Shown here piece by piece: positions 1 to 8,805 of a stretch of DNA of 64,000 nt. A model generated the notes under the pieces. That model did not search any database. It was not told the DNA's origin and saw only the letters and a list, made by a program, of their open reading frames with translations. The stretch lies in assembly GCA_964584335.1 (NCBI GenBank), contig CAZOZN010000001.1, positions 319,830-383,829 of the forward strand, in the 5' to 3' direction. Made by a program: the position numbers and the translations under genes. Numbering within the stretch: position 1 is the stretch's first letter; each line of letters begins with the position of its first letter. The DNA is from an uncultured archaeon (GTDB lineage Archaea; Aenigmatarchaeota; Aenigmatarchaeia; PWEA01; JAGHBM01).

Positions 1-96
1 AAAATACTACAAAGAAACGTTATGGGGCCGGTTAGAAAAGGAGACGTGTTAATGTTAAGAGAGACAGAAATGGAAAGCTCCGGAAGCTTCGGGTGA
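1..96 (+). CDS. rps28e: 30S ribosomal protein S28e, 3' part (cut by window edge)
   Basis: Manual translation of frame 1: KILQRNVMGPVRKGDVLMLRETEMES matches the S28e RNVxGPVRxGDxLxLxETE motif; lies directly before rpl24e. Confidence 0.92.
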   Translation, partial: KILQRNVMGPVRKGDVLMLRETEMESSGSFG

Positions 97-100
97 TTAA

Positions 101-280
101 ATGAAATGTACATACTGCGGAAACAATATACCTGAAGAGAAGACGAGGCTTTTCGTTAAGAAAGACGGCAAAGTTTTATCTTTCTGTTCTACAAAATGCG
201 AAAAAAGTTTTATGATGAAAAGAGACCCAAGGAAAAAGCAGTGGACAAGGACAAGCAGGAAATTGAGGGGCAAAGAATGA
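101..280 (+). CDS. rpl24e: 50S ribosomal protein L24e (59 aa, absent from ORF track)
   Basis: Manual translation MKCTYCGNNIPEEKTRLFVKKDGKVLSFCSTKCEKSFMMKRDPRKKQWT: CxxC...FCSxKC...PRK.xWT. Confidence 0.93.
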   Translation: MKCTYCGNNIPEEKTRLFVKKDGKVLSFCSTKCEKSFMMKRDPRKKQWTRTSRKLRGKE

Positions 281-930
281 AATCAAAAATTGTATTGTTG
301 GGGCCTCCCGGTTCAGGAAAAGGAACTTACGCTTCAAGGCTTGAAAAGAAATTTGGATGGCCTCAGATATCAACCGGTGACCTTCTAAGACAATCCGTGA
401 AAAAAGATACGGAACTGGGTAAAGAAGCAAAAAAATACATGGACGAGGGAAAACTGGTTCCGAATGAAATAGTAATAAAGCTTCTAAAAGAAAGAATTTC
501 GAAAGACGACTGCGAAGAAGGTTTTATTCTTGATGGTTTTCCAAGGTCTTTGGAACAGGCAAAAGAACTGGAAAAAATAACAGAAATAGAGCTAGTTATA
601 AACTTGGTTGTCCCAAAGGAAATAATTATACACAGGCTTTCTACAAGAAGAGTTTGTAAAAAGTGTGGAGCAATATACAGTGTAGCTTCAGCGGCTGTTA
701 TGCCTGAAGTTGAAGGAATTTGTGACAAATGCGGCGGTGAGCTTTACCAAAGAGATGATGACAAGCCTGAAGTTATAAACAAAAGGCTTGTTGTATACAA
801 AGAACAAACAGCACCGCTTATAGAGTTTTACACAGAAAAAGGGATATTAGAAAATATAGAATGTAATGATGCAGATTCTCCTCCGGAAATAACTGTAGAA
901 AAGATAGCAAAAGTTATTGAAGAAAATTAA
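277..930 (+). CDS. adk: Adenylate kinase, bacterial-type with Zn-binding LID
   Basis: GPPGSGKGT P-loop, ISTGDLLR, GFILDGFPR, CKKC..CDKC LID, QRDDD; start moved to ATG 277, overlapping the rpl24e stop (ATGA). Confidence 0.93.
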   Translation: MKSKIVLLGPPGSGKGTYASRLEKKFGWPQISTGDLLRQSVKKDTELGKEAKKYMDEGKLVPNEIVIKLLKERISKDDCEEGFILDGFPRSLEQAKELEKITEIELVINLVVPKEIIIHRLSTRRVCKKCGAIYSVASAAVMPEVEGICDKCGGELYQRDDDKPEVINKRLVVYKEQTAPLIEFYTEKGILENIECNDADSPPEITVEKIAKVIEEN

Positions 931-1260
931 TTATTCTGCAATTGATTTTTTTAGTCTTTCAAGATGTTCTTCTGAAACTTCAACATTTCTTTGGTCTCTA
1001 CCTACTTTATCAGAAAGTTCTCTGACCGCGGATTCCAGCTCTTTCATTCTTTTTTCAACTTTGCCTTCAATTGATTGCATATAAAGGTTCCTAGACCCCT
1101 GTAGAGCAAGTTTCACAAGTCTCTCATCCACGTTTTCGCCTTTAGCCTCCTCTTTAACCTCTCTTTCATCCCTTAGCTTGTTTATTTCCTCTGTATGAAG
1201 ACTAAGTATTTCCTTTATTTCCCTTATTGCTACTATAAGCTCTATTAAAAATTTATCCAC
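931..1260 (-). CDS. Hypothetical charged coiled-coil protein
   Basis: 109-aa ORF filling the gap; GGTGA SD-like motif upstream. Confidence 0.6.
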   Translation of the reverse strand: MDKFLIELIVAIREIKEILSLHTEEINKLRDEREVKEEAKGENVDERLVKLALQGSRNLYMQSIEGKVEKRMKELESAVRELSDKVGRDQRNVEVSEEHLERLKKSIAE

Positions 1261-1272
1261 GATATCACCGTT

Positions 1273-1461
1273 TTATTTCTTTAATTCTTCAAGTATACTG
1301 CTCTTTACCTTACCTCCTCTTGTCTCTCTCATAACCTTTTCCATTATGTTAACTCTTTTCTGTAAAGTAAAAATATTCTTTTCCTGCTCTTCGAGCCTTT
1401 TGTTTATTATAGAAGTCATTTCCCTCAAGAACTTATCTAAAGACATCATTTCTTCTACCAT
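1273..1461 (-). CDS. Hypothetical small coiled-coil protein
   Basis: 62-aa ORF with heptad-like pattern, co-oriented with 931..1260. Confidence 0.6.
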   Translation of the reverse strand: MVEEMMSLDKFLREMTSIINKRLEEQEKNIFTLQKRVNIMEKVMRETRGGKVKSSILEELKK

Positions 1462-1534
1462 GTTAACTAATTGTTCAAAAAGAGATAAATATTAGTTTTA
1501 AAAGTTTTTTAAAAAGACACTACATAATATTTTT

Positions 1535-1720
1535 ATGAACTTACTGGACATATCAGCCTTTGTTATAGAAAATAATATTGTCTTTCTCTGGGGGTTCATA
1601 TTTCTAATAATCGGAATTTTCTTCGGTTACGTATTGGGATTATATAATTATGTTATAAGACACTGGGGAGAAGTCAAGCAGGTTTCTGAAGAAGTGCAGG
1701 AGAGAGGTAATAAAAAATGA
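1535..1720 (+). CDS. Small single-pass membrane protein
   Basis: One hydrophobic segment; ATGA overlap with the next ORF. Confidence 0.6.
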   Translation: MNLLDISAFVIENNIVFLWGFIFLIIGIFFGYVLGLYNYVIRHWGEVKQVSEEVQERGNKK

Positions 1721-1899
1721 ATCCCTTTTATGAGGTAAGAATATACATAGAGAACAACATATCAGCCTTAATAAATTTTGTAGGGGATAACAATCTCCTG
1801 ATAGAAACCTGTGCGATAACTTTCTTTGTAGGTTTGGTTATAGGTTACCTTTTATCTTGGTACAAATATTTTTGGAAACACTTCATGTACAGAGCTTAA
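1717..1899 (+). CDS. Small single-pass membrane protein, probable paralogue of 1535..1720
   Basis: Shares IENNI and GxxxGYxLxxYxYxxxH patterns with the upstream ORF. Confidence 0.6.
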   Translation: MNPFYEVRIYIENNISALINFVGDNNLLIETCAITFFVGLVIGYLLSWYKYFWKHFMYRA

Positions 1900-1939
1900 G
1901 GATTTAAAACTTTCTGTTCAATAAGTAATAGGGATAATT

Positions 1940-3817
1940 TTGAAGCTTTCAAAGAGCGATTACAACTGTCTCAACTACTTTTCTTCAAAAATCAGACACT
2001 ATATTATAGACGAGATAATAGAAGCTCAATCCGGTCATCCCGGGGGCAGTCTCTCGGCTGCGGACATAACATCTGTTCTCTACGGTAAGGAAATGAAATA
2101 CGACCCAAGCAATCCAAAAAGACCGGACAGAGACAGGTTAATATTCTCAAAAGGTCATGGTGTTCCGGCTCAATATGCGGCTCTTGCAACCACGGGTTAC
2201 TTTGAAAAAGAAAAGTTAAAGACATTGAGAAACTACGGAAGCCCCCTGCAGGGACATCCGGAAAAGTCAACTCCCGGAATAGATGCCAACACGGGGTCGC
2301 TTGGAATGGGATTATCCGCTGGATTGGGCATGAACTTGGGGAAATGCCTTGAAAAAAGAGACTACCATACATTTGTTTTAATAGGAGATGGAGAGACCAA
2401 CGAAGGGCAGGTCTGGGAAGCACTTGACCACGGTGCGGTACTCGAACTGAAAGACACAACTCCTATAATAGACAGAAACCAGTACCAGATAGACGGGCAT
2501 ATAAACGAAGTTTCTGCTGGAGATTTGGTAGAAAAAATAAGCTCTTTTGGCTGGGAGACCATAAAAATAGACGGGCATGACATCAATCAAATTTATAATG
2601 CACTCGAATACTCAAGGAACACTCCGCATCCGACAGCAATAGTCGCAGACACAATAAAGGGAAAAGGAGTAAGTTTCATGGAAAATAATCCTTACTGGCA
2701 TGGCAGACCGCCAAAGGGTGAAAAAGCAGAGATTGCAAAAAAAGAGATTGGAGAAGAAATAGAAAAATGGGGCAATTTGGTTGATGAGAATGAATGGAAT
2801 GAATTTATAGAAAAAGCAAAAAACAAGCTTCCAAAAAAGATACCATACAAAAAATTCAGTAAGTATAATATTCCGAAAAAGGAAAGTTACGAAAAAGGAA
2901 AGCTATATTCAATGAGAACTGTTTCCGGTGACTACATCTACGAGATGGCAAAGAAAAATAAAGACATATGCACTATGGTATGTGACTTAAAGGATTCTGT
3001 AAAATTAACAAAATGCTGCAATACAGGAAGGCATTCGGAAATCGGCATAAGGGAATCTCATATGTTCAGTTTTGCCTCGGGACTATCAGAAGAATATACC
3101 GTAATTCCTTCGACTTTTGATGTATTCATACCAAAAGGTTATGACCAGATAAGAATGATGTCGAAATCAAAAGACAATGTAAAGATATACACTACACACG
3201 GGGGAGTTAATGTGGGTAAGGACGGTTTCTCACACCAATCAAGAGTAACCCCTTTGCTGATGTATGACCTTCCGAATGTTAACACATGGGAACCGATTAA
3301 GCCAAGCGATATATCCCAGATTTGGGATATAGAAATGGATAGAAATGGTATGGCTTACATAAGGACACCAAGACACAGGTCAAAAGAAACGGGAGAAAAA
3401 TATTCAGTAAATAATTATGAGGGAGTTTATAAACTCAAAGAAGAAGAAAAACCTGATCTGGTTTTTGCCGGAATAGGTTACCTTGCGACCCATTGTTTTG
3501 ATGCCTCAAAAGAACTGGAAAAAATTGGGATAAAATCAAAAGTTCTTGGAATAAACAACTACAAGCTTGCAAAGAAAAACAAAAAGTGGACTGAAGAAAT
3601 ACCTCCCGATGTTCCAGTAATGAGTTATCATGATGCAACTTCTGTTCTGGCCGAAAATATAATAAGGGGTTCAATTCCATCAAAAAATAAAAATGAAATG
3701 TATTTCTGGGGAGTGGATGAGTTTGGGGAGTCCGGAGACATAAAAGACCTTTGGAAAAAATATGGCTTTGACAAAGAAAGTATGGTAAAAAGTGCAAGAA
3801 AAATAACAGGAAAGTAA
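1940..3817 (+). CDS. tkt: Transketolase, single chain
   Basis: SGHPGGSLS, DRLIFSKGH, LQGHP, TGSLG, ThDP motif GDGETNEGQVWEA..N, DGxSHQ, FGESG. Confidence 0.9.
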   Translation: MKLSKSDYNCLNYFSSKIRHYIIDEIIEAQSGHPGGSLSAADITSVLYGKEMKYDPSNPKRPDRDRLIFSKGHGVPAQYAALATTGYFEKEKLKTLRNYGSPLQGHPEKSTPGIDANTGSLGMGLSAGLGMNLGKCLEKRDYHTFVLIGDGETNEGQVWEALDHGAVLELKDTTPIIDRNQYQIDGHINEVSAGDLVEKISSFGWETIKIDGHDINQIYNALEYSRNTPHPTAIVADTIKGKGVSFMENNPYWHGRPPKGEKAEIAKKEIGEEIEKWGNLVDENEWNEFIEKAKNKLPKKIPYKKFSKYNIPKKESYEKGKLYSMRTVSGDYIYEMAKKNKDICTMVCDLKDSVKLTKCCNTGRHSEIGIRESHMFSFASGLSEEYTVIPSTFDVFIPKGYDQIRMMSKSKDNVKIYTTHGGVNVGKDGFSHQSRVTPLLMYDLPNVNTWEPIKPSDISQIWDIEMDRNGMAYIRTPRHRSKETGEKYSVNNYEGVYKLKEEEKPDLVFAGIGYLATHCFDASKELEKIGIKSKVLGINNYKLAKKNKKWTEEIPPDVPVMSYHDATSVLAENIIRGSIPSKNKNEMYFWGVDEFGESGDIKDLWKKYGFDKESMVKSARKITGK

Positions 3818-3856
3818 AGCAACAATCAATTTAAATATTTAAAATATTATTTCTGT

Positions 3857-4498
3857 TTGATGACAGTAAAAGATGTTTTGCAAAACTTTAGCGAGGCAGA
3901 CCTAATATGCTATCCGGAAATAGTGGACCTTGAAGTTTATAGGGAATTTTTAAAACCAAATATTGAACCCAGAGAAGAACCAAACGGCATGGTTGTTGGT
4001 GCCTTGTTTGACTGGGAGGCATCAGTAATTAAGAATTTCTTTGAAAGGGAATACGGCATAAAAAAAGAAAAAACAAAAGTGGCAGGTTGCAGCCTTGAAA
4101 ACAGAACTATTTTCAATAAGGAAAAGGCTTTTGACTACCTAAAAACAGGAAGAATAGAGGGTGATGCATCATACTGCAATCTTTGGCTGGATTCTTTGAA
4201 CAAAATGAAAATTAAAAATTTCAGTTATGATTTAGTTTCAATAAGAAACCCTGACCTTGTAAATATTGATAACTGGACAAAGGTTTATCTAAAGTCATTG
4301 GAATACCTTGAGCCAAAAGAAGGAGCACTAATTACCTTGATAAGAGAAGAAGACGTTGAAAGATATGAAAAAGTAGAAAAAAATATAAAAAAAATATCAG
4401 GAATAGAACCTGTTTTATATGGTGAAACAGGAGTAGAGTATAAAGACGCTTGGATTAACCCACAGCACACAATAGGCATATTTAAGAACTCCTATTGA
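3857..4498 (+). CDS. Hypothetical protein
   Basis: 213-aa ORF with an upstream TATA-like element; no motif recognised. Confidence 0.6.
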   Translation: MMTVKDVLQNFSEADLICYPEIVDLEVYREFLKPNIEPREEPNGMVVGALFDWEASVIKNFFEREYGIKKEKTKVAGCSLENRTIFNKEKAFDYLKTGRIEGDASYCNLWLDSLNKMKIKNFSYDLVSIRNPDLVNIDNWTKVYLKSLEYLEPKEGALITLIREEDVERYEKVEKNIKKISGIEPVLYGETGVEYKDAWINPQHTIGIFKNSY

Positions 4499-4543
4499 CT
4501 AAACCTTAAATAATACCGACACTAATTTTCTCTGGGTGTTTAA

Positions 4544-6265
4544 ATGAGCGATAACATAAGACAGCCTATAATATCTGTACTGGGACATGTAGACCATGGA
4601 AAAACAACAATATTAGACAATATAAGAAAGAGTACAGTAGCATCCGGCGAGGCGGGAGGCATAACCCAGCACATAGGAGCAACTGAAATACCGCTTGATA
4701 TAATAAAAAAAATATGCGGCTGTCTCGTTGACAAGAGCAAAATAAAAATACCGGGCCTTCTCTTTATAGACACTCCGGGACACGAAGCATTTACAACACT
4801 CAGAAAAAGAGGCGGTAGCATAGCAGACCTGGCAGTTCTCGTAGTTGACGTTAATGACGGTTTCAAGCCTCAGACAGAAGAAAGCTTAATGTTTCTAAAA
4901 GAATTTAAAACACCATTCGTAATAGCAGCCAATAAAATCGATACTATTATGGGGTGGAAAAACAACAATACAAAGTCTTTTACAGAATCTTACAACAAAC
5001 AAAGTGATTCCGTAAAGAGAGAACTCGACAATAAAGTTTATAATATATTGGGTTCTTTAAGTGAAAAAAGCATAAACTCCGAGAGATTTGACAGGGTATC
5101 GGACTTTAAAAACACCGTAGCAATAGTTCCCGTATCAGGTATAACAGGAGAAGGCATAGGAGAACTTTTGATGACTCTGATAGGATTATCCCAGCACTTT
5201 TTAAAAAATAAGATAGAGGTAAAAGAAAATAACGGTTATGGTAACGTTCTAGAAATAAAAGAAGTAAAGGGACTGGGAAAAACCTTGGATATTATACTAT
5301 ACGACGGTAAAATAGAGAAAGGAGATTTCCTTGTAATAGGAGCGGAAGAGCCCATAGTAACAACCGTAAAGGCGCTACTAAAACCGAGAGAGATGGGAGA
5401 ACTGAGAGTAGAAAAGAAGTTCAACTACATAGACAGTGTCACTGCAGCTTCTGGGATAAAAATAGCAGCTCCAAACATAGACTGTGTAATACCCGGCTCT
5501 CCCATAAGGACTTGCAAAAAAGAACATCTGGAAATAATGAAAGAAGAACTCAGAAAGGAGGTAGAATCAGTAGAAATAGAAACAGAAAAAGAAGGCGTAA
5601 TGATAAAGGCTGACACGCTGGGTTCTTTAGAAGGCTTGATAAAGGTGTTGAAGGATAAGGAAATACCCATAAGAAAAGCAAAGATAGGTTGCGTAAATAA
5701 GTGCGATACTATGGAGATGAATTCTCTTAGGGACACGATAAACAGAGTAATTTTTGCTTTCAATGTAAGTGTACTGCCCGAAGCAAAGGATTGTGAAAAT
5801 GTTAAGATTTTTGAAAGCCCTATAATATACAAACTAATAGAAAATTATGAAGACTGGAAAGAGGAAAAGAAAAACGAGAAAGAGAGAAAGAAACTTTCAA
5901 GCGTAACCAGACCCGGCAAGATAAAAATACTTCCGGGATATATATTCAGAGCTTCGAATCCTGCAATTGTAGGAGTTGATGTGGTTGGTGGTGTTATAAA
6001 ACCGGGTTATTCTCTTGTCAAAGAGGGGAAAATAGTTGGAAGTATAAAACAAATACAGAAAGAAGGATGTAATGTCTCAGAGGCAAAATACGGGGATAAG
6101 CTGGCTGTTTCTATAGAAGGTCCCACGGTAGGCAGGCAGATAAAAGAAGGCGACGAACTCTACAATGCAATGAGCAGGGAAAATATGAAAAAACTTGAAG
6201 AAATGAAAAATTTGCTATCTAAAACTGAATTGGATGTACTTGAAGAAGTAAAAGACATGATTTAA
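4544..6265 (+). CDS. infB: Translation initiation factor aIF5B (IF-2)
   Basis: RQPIISVLGHVDHGKTT, EAGGITQHIGA, DTPGHEAF, NKID, DTLGSLE, GPTVGRQI. Confidence 0.97.
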   Translation: MSDNIRQPIISVLGHVDHGKTTILDNIRKSTVASGEAGGITQHIGATEIPLDIIKKICGCLVDKSKIKIPGLLFIDTPGHEAFTTLRKRGGSIADLAVLVVDVNDGFKPQTEESLMFLKEFKTPFVIAANKIDTIMGWKNNNTKSFTESYNKQSDSVKRELDNKVYNILGSLSEKSINSERFDRVSDFKNTVAIVPVSGITGEGIGELLMTLIGLSQHFLKNKIEVKENNGYGNVLEIKEVKGLGKTLDIILYDGKIEKGDFLVIGAEEPIVTTVKALLKPREMGELRVEKKFNYIDSVTAASGIKIAAPNIDCVIPGSPIRTCKKEHLEIMKEELRKEVESVEIETEKEGVMIKADTLGSLEGLIKVLKDKEIPIRKAKIGCVNKCDTMEMNSLRDTINRVIFAFNVSVLPEAKDCENVKIFESPIIYKLIENYEDWKEEKKNEKERKKLSSVTRPGKIKILPGYIFRASNPAIVGVDVVGGVIKPGYSLVKEGKIVGSIKQIQKEGCNVSEAKYGDKLAVSIEGPTVGRQIKEGDELYNAMSRENMKKLEEMKNLLSKTELDVLEEVKDMI

Positions 6266-6266
6266 T

Positions 6267-6557
6267 CTAGTTATGTAATTCATTAAAATGATACTTGTCC
6301 AACTTAATAAACTCGTTCTTACTAAGCTTAATTTTGTCAGAGCTTACGTATCCGTTGTTCTTGTTTGAGGTTTCGTAAAATTCTTTTTCAGTCTTTTCAA
6401 GGCCGTCCTCAAGAGACCAACAGAACTTAAGAAGAGGCTTCCTGTCCTTTTCTACAAATCCCCTAATCTTTTCAATTTCACCTTTCCTTCTCTTCATTAG
6501 AGTTTCGTAGTCAACAATTTCATACTTAACGAAATAATCCGTATCCATTATCATCAC
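6267..6557 (-). CDS. Hypothetical protein
   Basis: 96-aa ORF, AGGTGA SD-like motif at the start region. Confidence 0.5.
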   Translation of the reverse strand: MMIMDTDYFVKYEIVDYETLMKRRKGEIEKIRGFVEKDRKPLLKFCWSLEDGLEKTEKEFYETSNKNNGYVSSDKIKLSKNEFIKLDKYHFNELHN

Positions 6558-6641
6558 CTAAATTTACAGAATCAAAAGTATGTAAAGAAAGGTATTTAAA
6601 ACTATTGATAAAAACAAACCTGGTCCAAAAAATTAAAGGAC

Positions 6642-6860
6642 CTAAAGTTTATGGTAATTATATTCTGTTTGATTTTCTTTATCGTATACAACAGCACTCT
6701 TGAATTGGCCATTATCGTATAAATTTTGTCCGAATTTGTTTTCGAGGTTGTATATCTTATTCCATTCTCCAACTACCTCACCGAATGTACCAATATGTTT
6801 ATTAATTTCGTTGAGCCTGTCGCCAAACTTGTCCGAAACAACAGAGTATTCTTTTTCCAT
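6642..6860 (-). CDS. Hypothetical protein
   Basis: 72-aa ORF with GGGTGG upstream; divergent from 6970. Confidence 0.5.
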   Translation of the reverse strand: MEKEYSVVSDKFGDRLNEINKHIGTFGEVVGEWNKIYNLENKFGQNLYDNGQFKSAVVYDKENQTEYNYHKL

Positions 6861-6969
6861 TATTTACCACCCCACAGTAACAGTATTAGTAAAACTGGTA
6901 TATAAAGTTAACTGTTACCTAAAAGTAGTGAAATATATATACTATAATATGCAAACAATAAATGATAAT

Positions 6970-7488
6970 ATGGTAAAAGGAGAGCCAAAAATTGTTGCAA
7001 GAAAAATATTGGAAGTGCCGGAAACCAAAAGATGGTTAATCGAGGTACCTTTAAAGGTTTATCGTTTTGACTCAGGCAGAGACCCGGAAGGATACAGACA
7101 CCTCGAAGAATCTGCAAAAAAGTCTATTGAAATGATGGCCGAATCAGGAAATTTGTGTGAAGTTGGAATAGGTTCCGTATACGGTTATGAAACAAAAGAA
7201 GGTTATGTAGATGGTGCGGCACTGGGTTTTATAAGAAAAAATCCTAGAAACAAAACCAACCCCATGTACCATCCTTGGACATGGGAAAACGGAAGAGAGC
7301 TTCACGTTGGCAAAGAAGGCTCTAACTGCAGAAAAGAAGTAGCCGATATAATAAGCTCGGAAATTAATTTTCACAGGGAATGTGACGGATATTTGTACAG
7401 ATATTTGTCTGAATTTGCATGTCAAACTGATTTAGAGTTCGAAGATATTGAAAGGGGAGACAATCCTTTCTCTTTAGAAAAAGCTTAA
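6970..7488 (+). CDS. Hypothetical protein
   Basis: Start trimmed to MVKGEP (upstream part overlaps the opposite-strand gene and an AT-rich promoter region). Confidence 0.6.
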   Translation: MVKGEPKIVARKILEVPETKRWLIEVPLKVYRFDSGRDPEGYRHLEESAKKSIEMMAESGNLCEVGIGSVYGYETKEGYVDGAALGFIRKNPRNKTNPMYHPWTWENGRELHVGKEGSNCRKEVADIISSEINFHRECDGYLYRYLSEFACQTDLEFEDIERGDNPFSLEKA

Positions 7489-7512
7489 ATATCTTTTGAC
7501 TTAATTGTCTAC

Positions 7513-8040
7513 ATGCAAAAAAATTCCATAATTGTCGGTTTTGGACCTGAAGATATGGAAAAAAATGAATATAGGAACTTGTACAAAGACAAATTTAATT
7601 CTCTTTTTGCTACAAAGAAGAAAGCTAAAGAAATAGACAGTGTGAGCGCATTTTATGATGAATTGTTTTTAAAAAAATACGTTCAAAAGGACGCGAAAAT
7701 GGCTGTCTGGGACGGACCGGATAAAAGACATCTTTATGCAAGAGACTCTATGCTAGACAGCGCGGTATATGTTGATTATCTGGACGAGACGCCCTTTGCT
7801 GAATTTCGCTTTTTAAGGGATAAGAGTGGTAAAGATTTGATTAGAAAAGATATAGAAAAATTCTATGAAGATTTGGGATTCGGATTCAAAACTTACGAGC
7901 TGCCCGAGGAACAATTTTCAAAAATAAGAAACGAAATGATAGAAAAAAAGGACTTTTGCATAGTCTGTTATACAGTTAAAAACGGCGGGTATGAAGCTAG
8001 AATGCTTGATGAATCATGCAATTTTAGAAATTCTAATTAA
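7513..8040 (+). CDS. Hypothetical protein
   Basis: 175-aa ORF; no motif recognised. Confidence 0.6.
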   Translation: MQKNSIIVGFGPEDMEKNEYRNLYKDKFNSLFATKKKAKEIDSVSAFYDELFLKKYVQKDAKMAVWDGPDKRHLYARDSMLDSAVYVDYLDETPFAEFRFLRDKSGKDLIRKDIEKFYEDLGFGFKTYELPEEQFSKIRNEMIEKKDFCIVCYTVKNGGYEARMLDESCNFRNSN

Positions 8041-8106
8041 AACAAATATCCCAAAAATCTTTAAATATATAACTAAATTAATGTATGAAGTATTGAAGGT
8101 GTTAAA

Positions 8107-8733
8107 ATGTTTAAATTTATTATACCGTTAAAAGAGGGGAAATCTACTCAGATTGAGAAAGACGCACCATCGCTTACGGGAATGAAGATGGGAGAAAAAT
8201 TTGACGGTTCAATTATAGGACTTACAGACTATACATTGCAGATATCAGGAGGTAGTGATAAGGAAGGTTTTCCTATGAGAAAAGATTTGCCCGGAACAGG
8301 TAGAAAAAGAGCACTTCTTGTTGGCGGAGTAGGCTGTAAAGGAAGGAAAAAGGGAATTAGAATAAGAAAGACCGTAAGAGGCAACAGAATAGGAGAAGAT
8401 ATATCCCAAATAAACATAAAAATAGTAGAAAAAGGCAAAAAGAGTGTTGAAGAACTTCTTGGCTTGGAGAAAGAGGAGAAGCCTAAAGAAGAGCCGGACA
8501 AAAAAGAATCTAAAGAAGAAGAAAAGAAACCAGAGAAGGAAGAAAAACCTGAAGAGAAGAAAGAGGAAAAACCTGAAAAAGAGCCTGAGGAAAAGAAAGA
8601 AGAACCAAAAAAAGAGGAAAAGAAAGAGAAAAAGGATAAAGAAAAAGAAGAACCAAAAAAGGAAACTTCCAAAGAGGACAAGAAAACAGAAAAGAAAGAA
8701 GAACCCAAGGAAGAAAAGGATGAGAAAAAGTAG
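8107..8733 (+). CDS. rps6e: 30S ribosomal protein S6e with long Lys/Glu/Pro C-terminal tail
   Basis: LQISGGSDKEGFPMRKD, RIRKTVRGN, QINIKI; lies directly before aIF2-gamma. Confidence 0.95.
   Translation: MFKFIIPLKEGKSTQIEKDAPSLTGMKMGEKFDGSIIGLTDYTLQISGGSDKEGFPMRKDLPGTGRKRALLVGGVGCKGRKKGIRIRKTVRGNRIGEDISQINIKIVEKGKKSVEELLGLEKEEKPKEEPDKKESKEEEKKPEKEEKPEEKKEEKPEKEPEEKKEEPKKEEKKEKKDKEKEEPKKETSKEDKKTEKKEEPKEEKDEKK
8476..8702 (+). repeat. Direct repeat copy 1 (227 bp) encoding the shared K/E tail
   Basis: Manual alignment with 17996..18219: 4 substitutions and one GAA codon indel. Confidence 0.95.
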
Positions 8734-8805
8734 CTAATTCTAGCTTAACGGCTTCTTTATGCAAACTTATAAAAGCCTTAATACATTAATCTTTAAAGTG
8801 TTTTT

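Noticed and set aside
196-276. 27-aa N-terminal extension of Adk in the ORF track
   Set aside because: It overlaps rpl24e in another frame; the ATG at 277 fits the family start.
6700-6969. N-terminal 90 aa of the 262-aa ORF
   Set aside because: It overlaps an opposite-strand gene and an AT-rich divergent promoter region.
8229-8764. Ser/Phe-rich antisense ORFs and an Arg/Lys-rich alternate-frame ORF (8444..8737)
   Set aside because: Shadows of the purine-rich S6e tail, which lacks stop codons in other frames.
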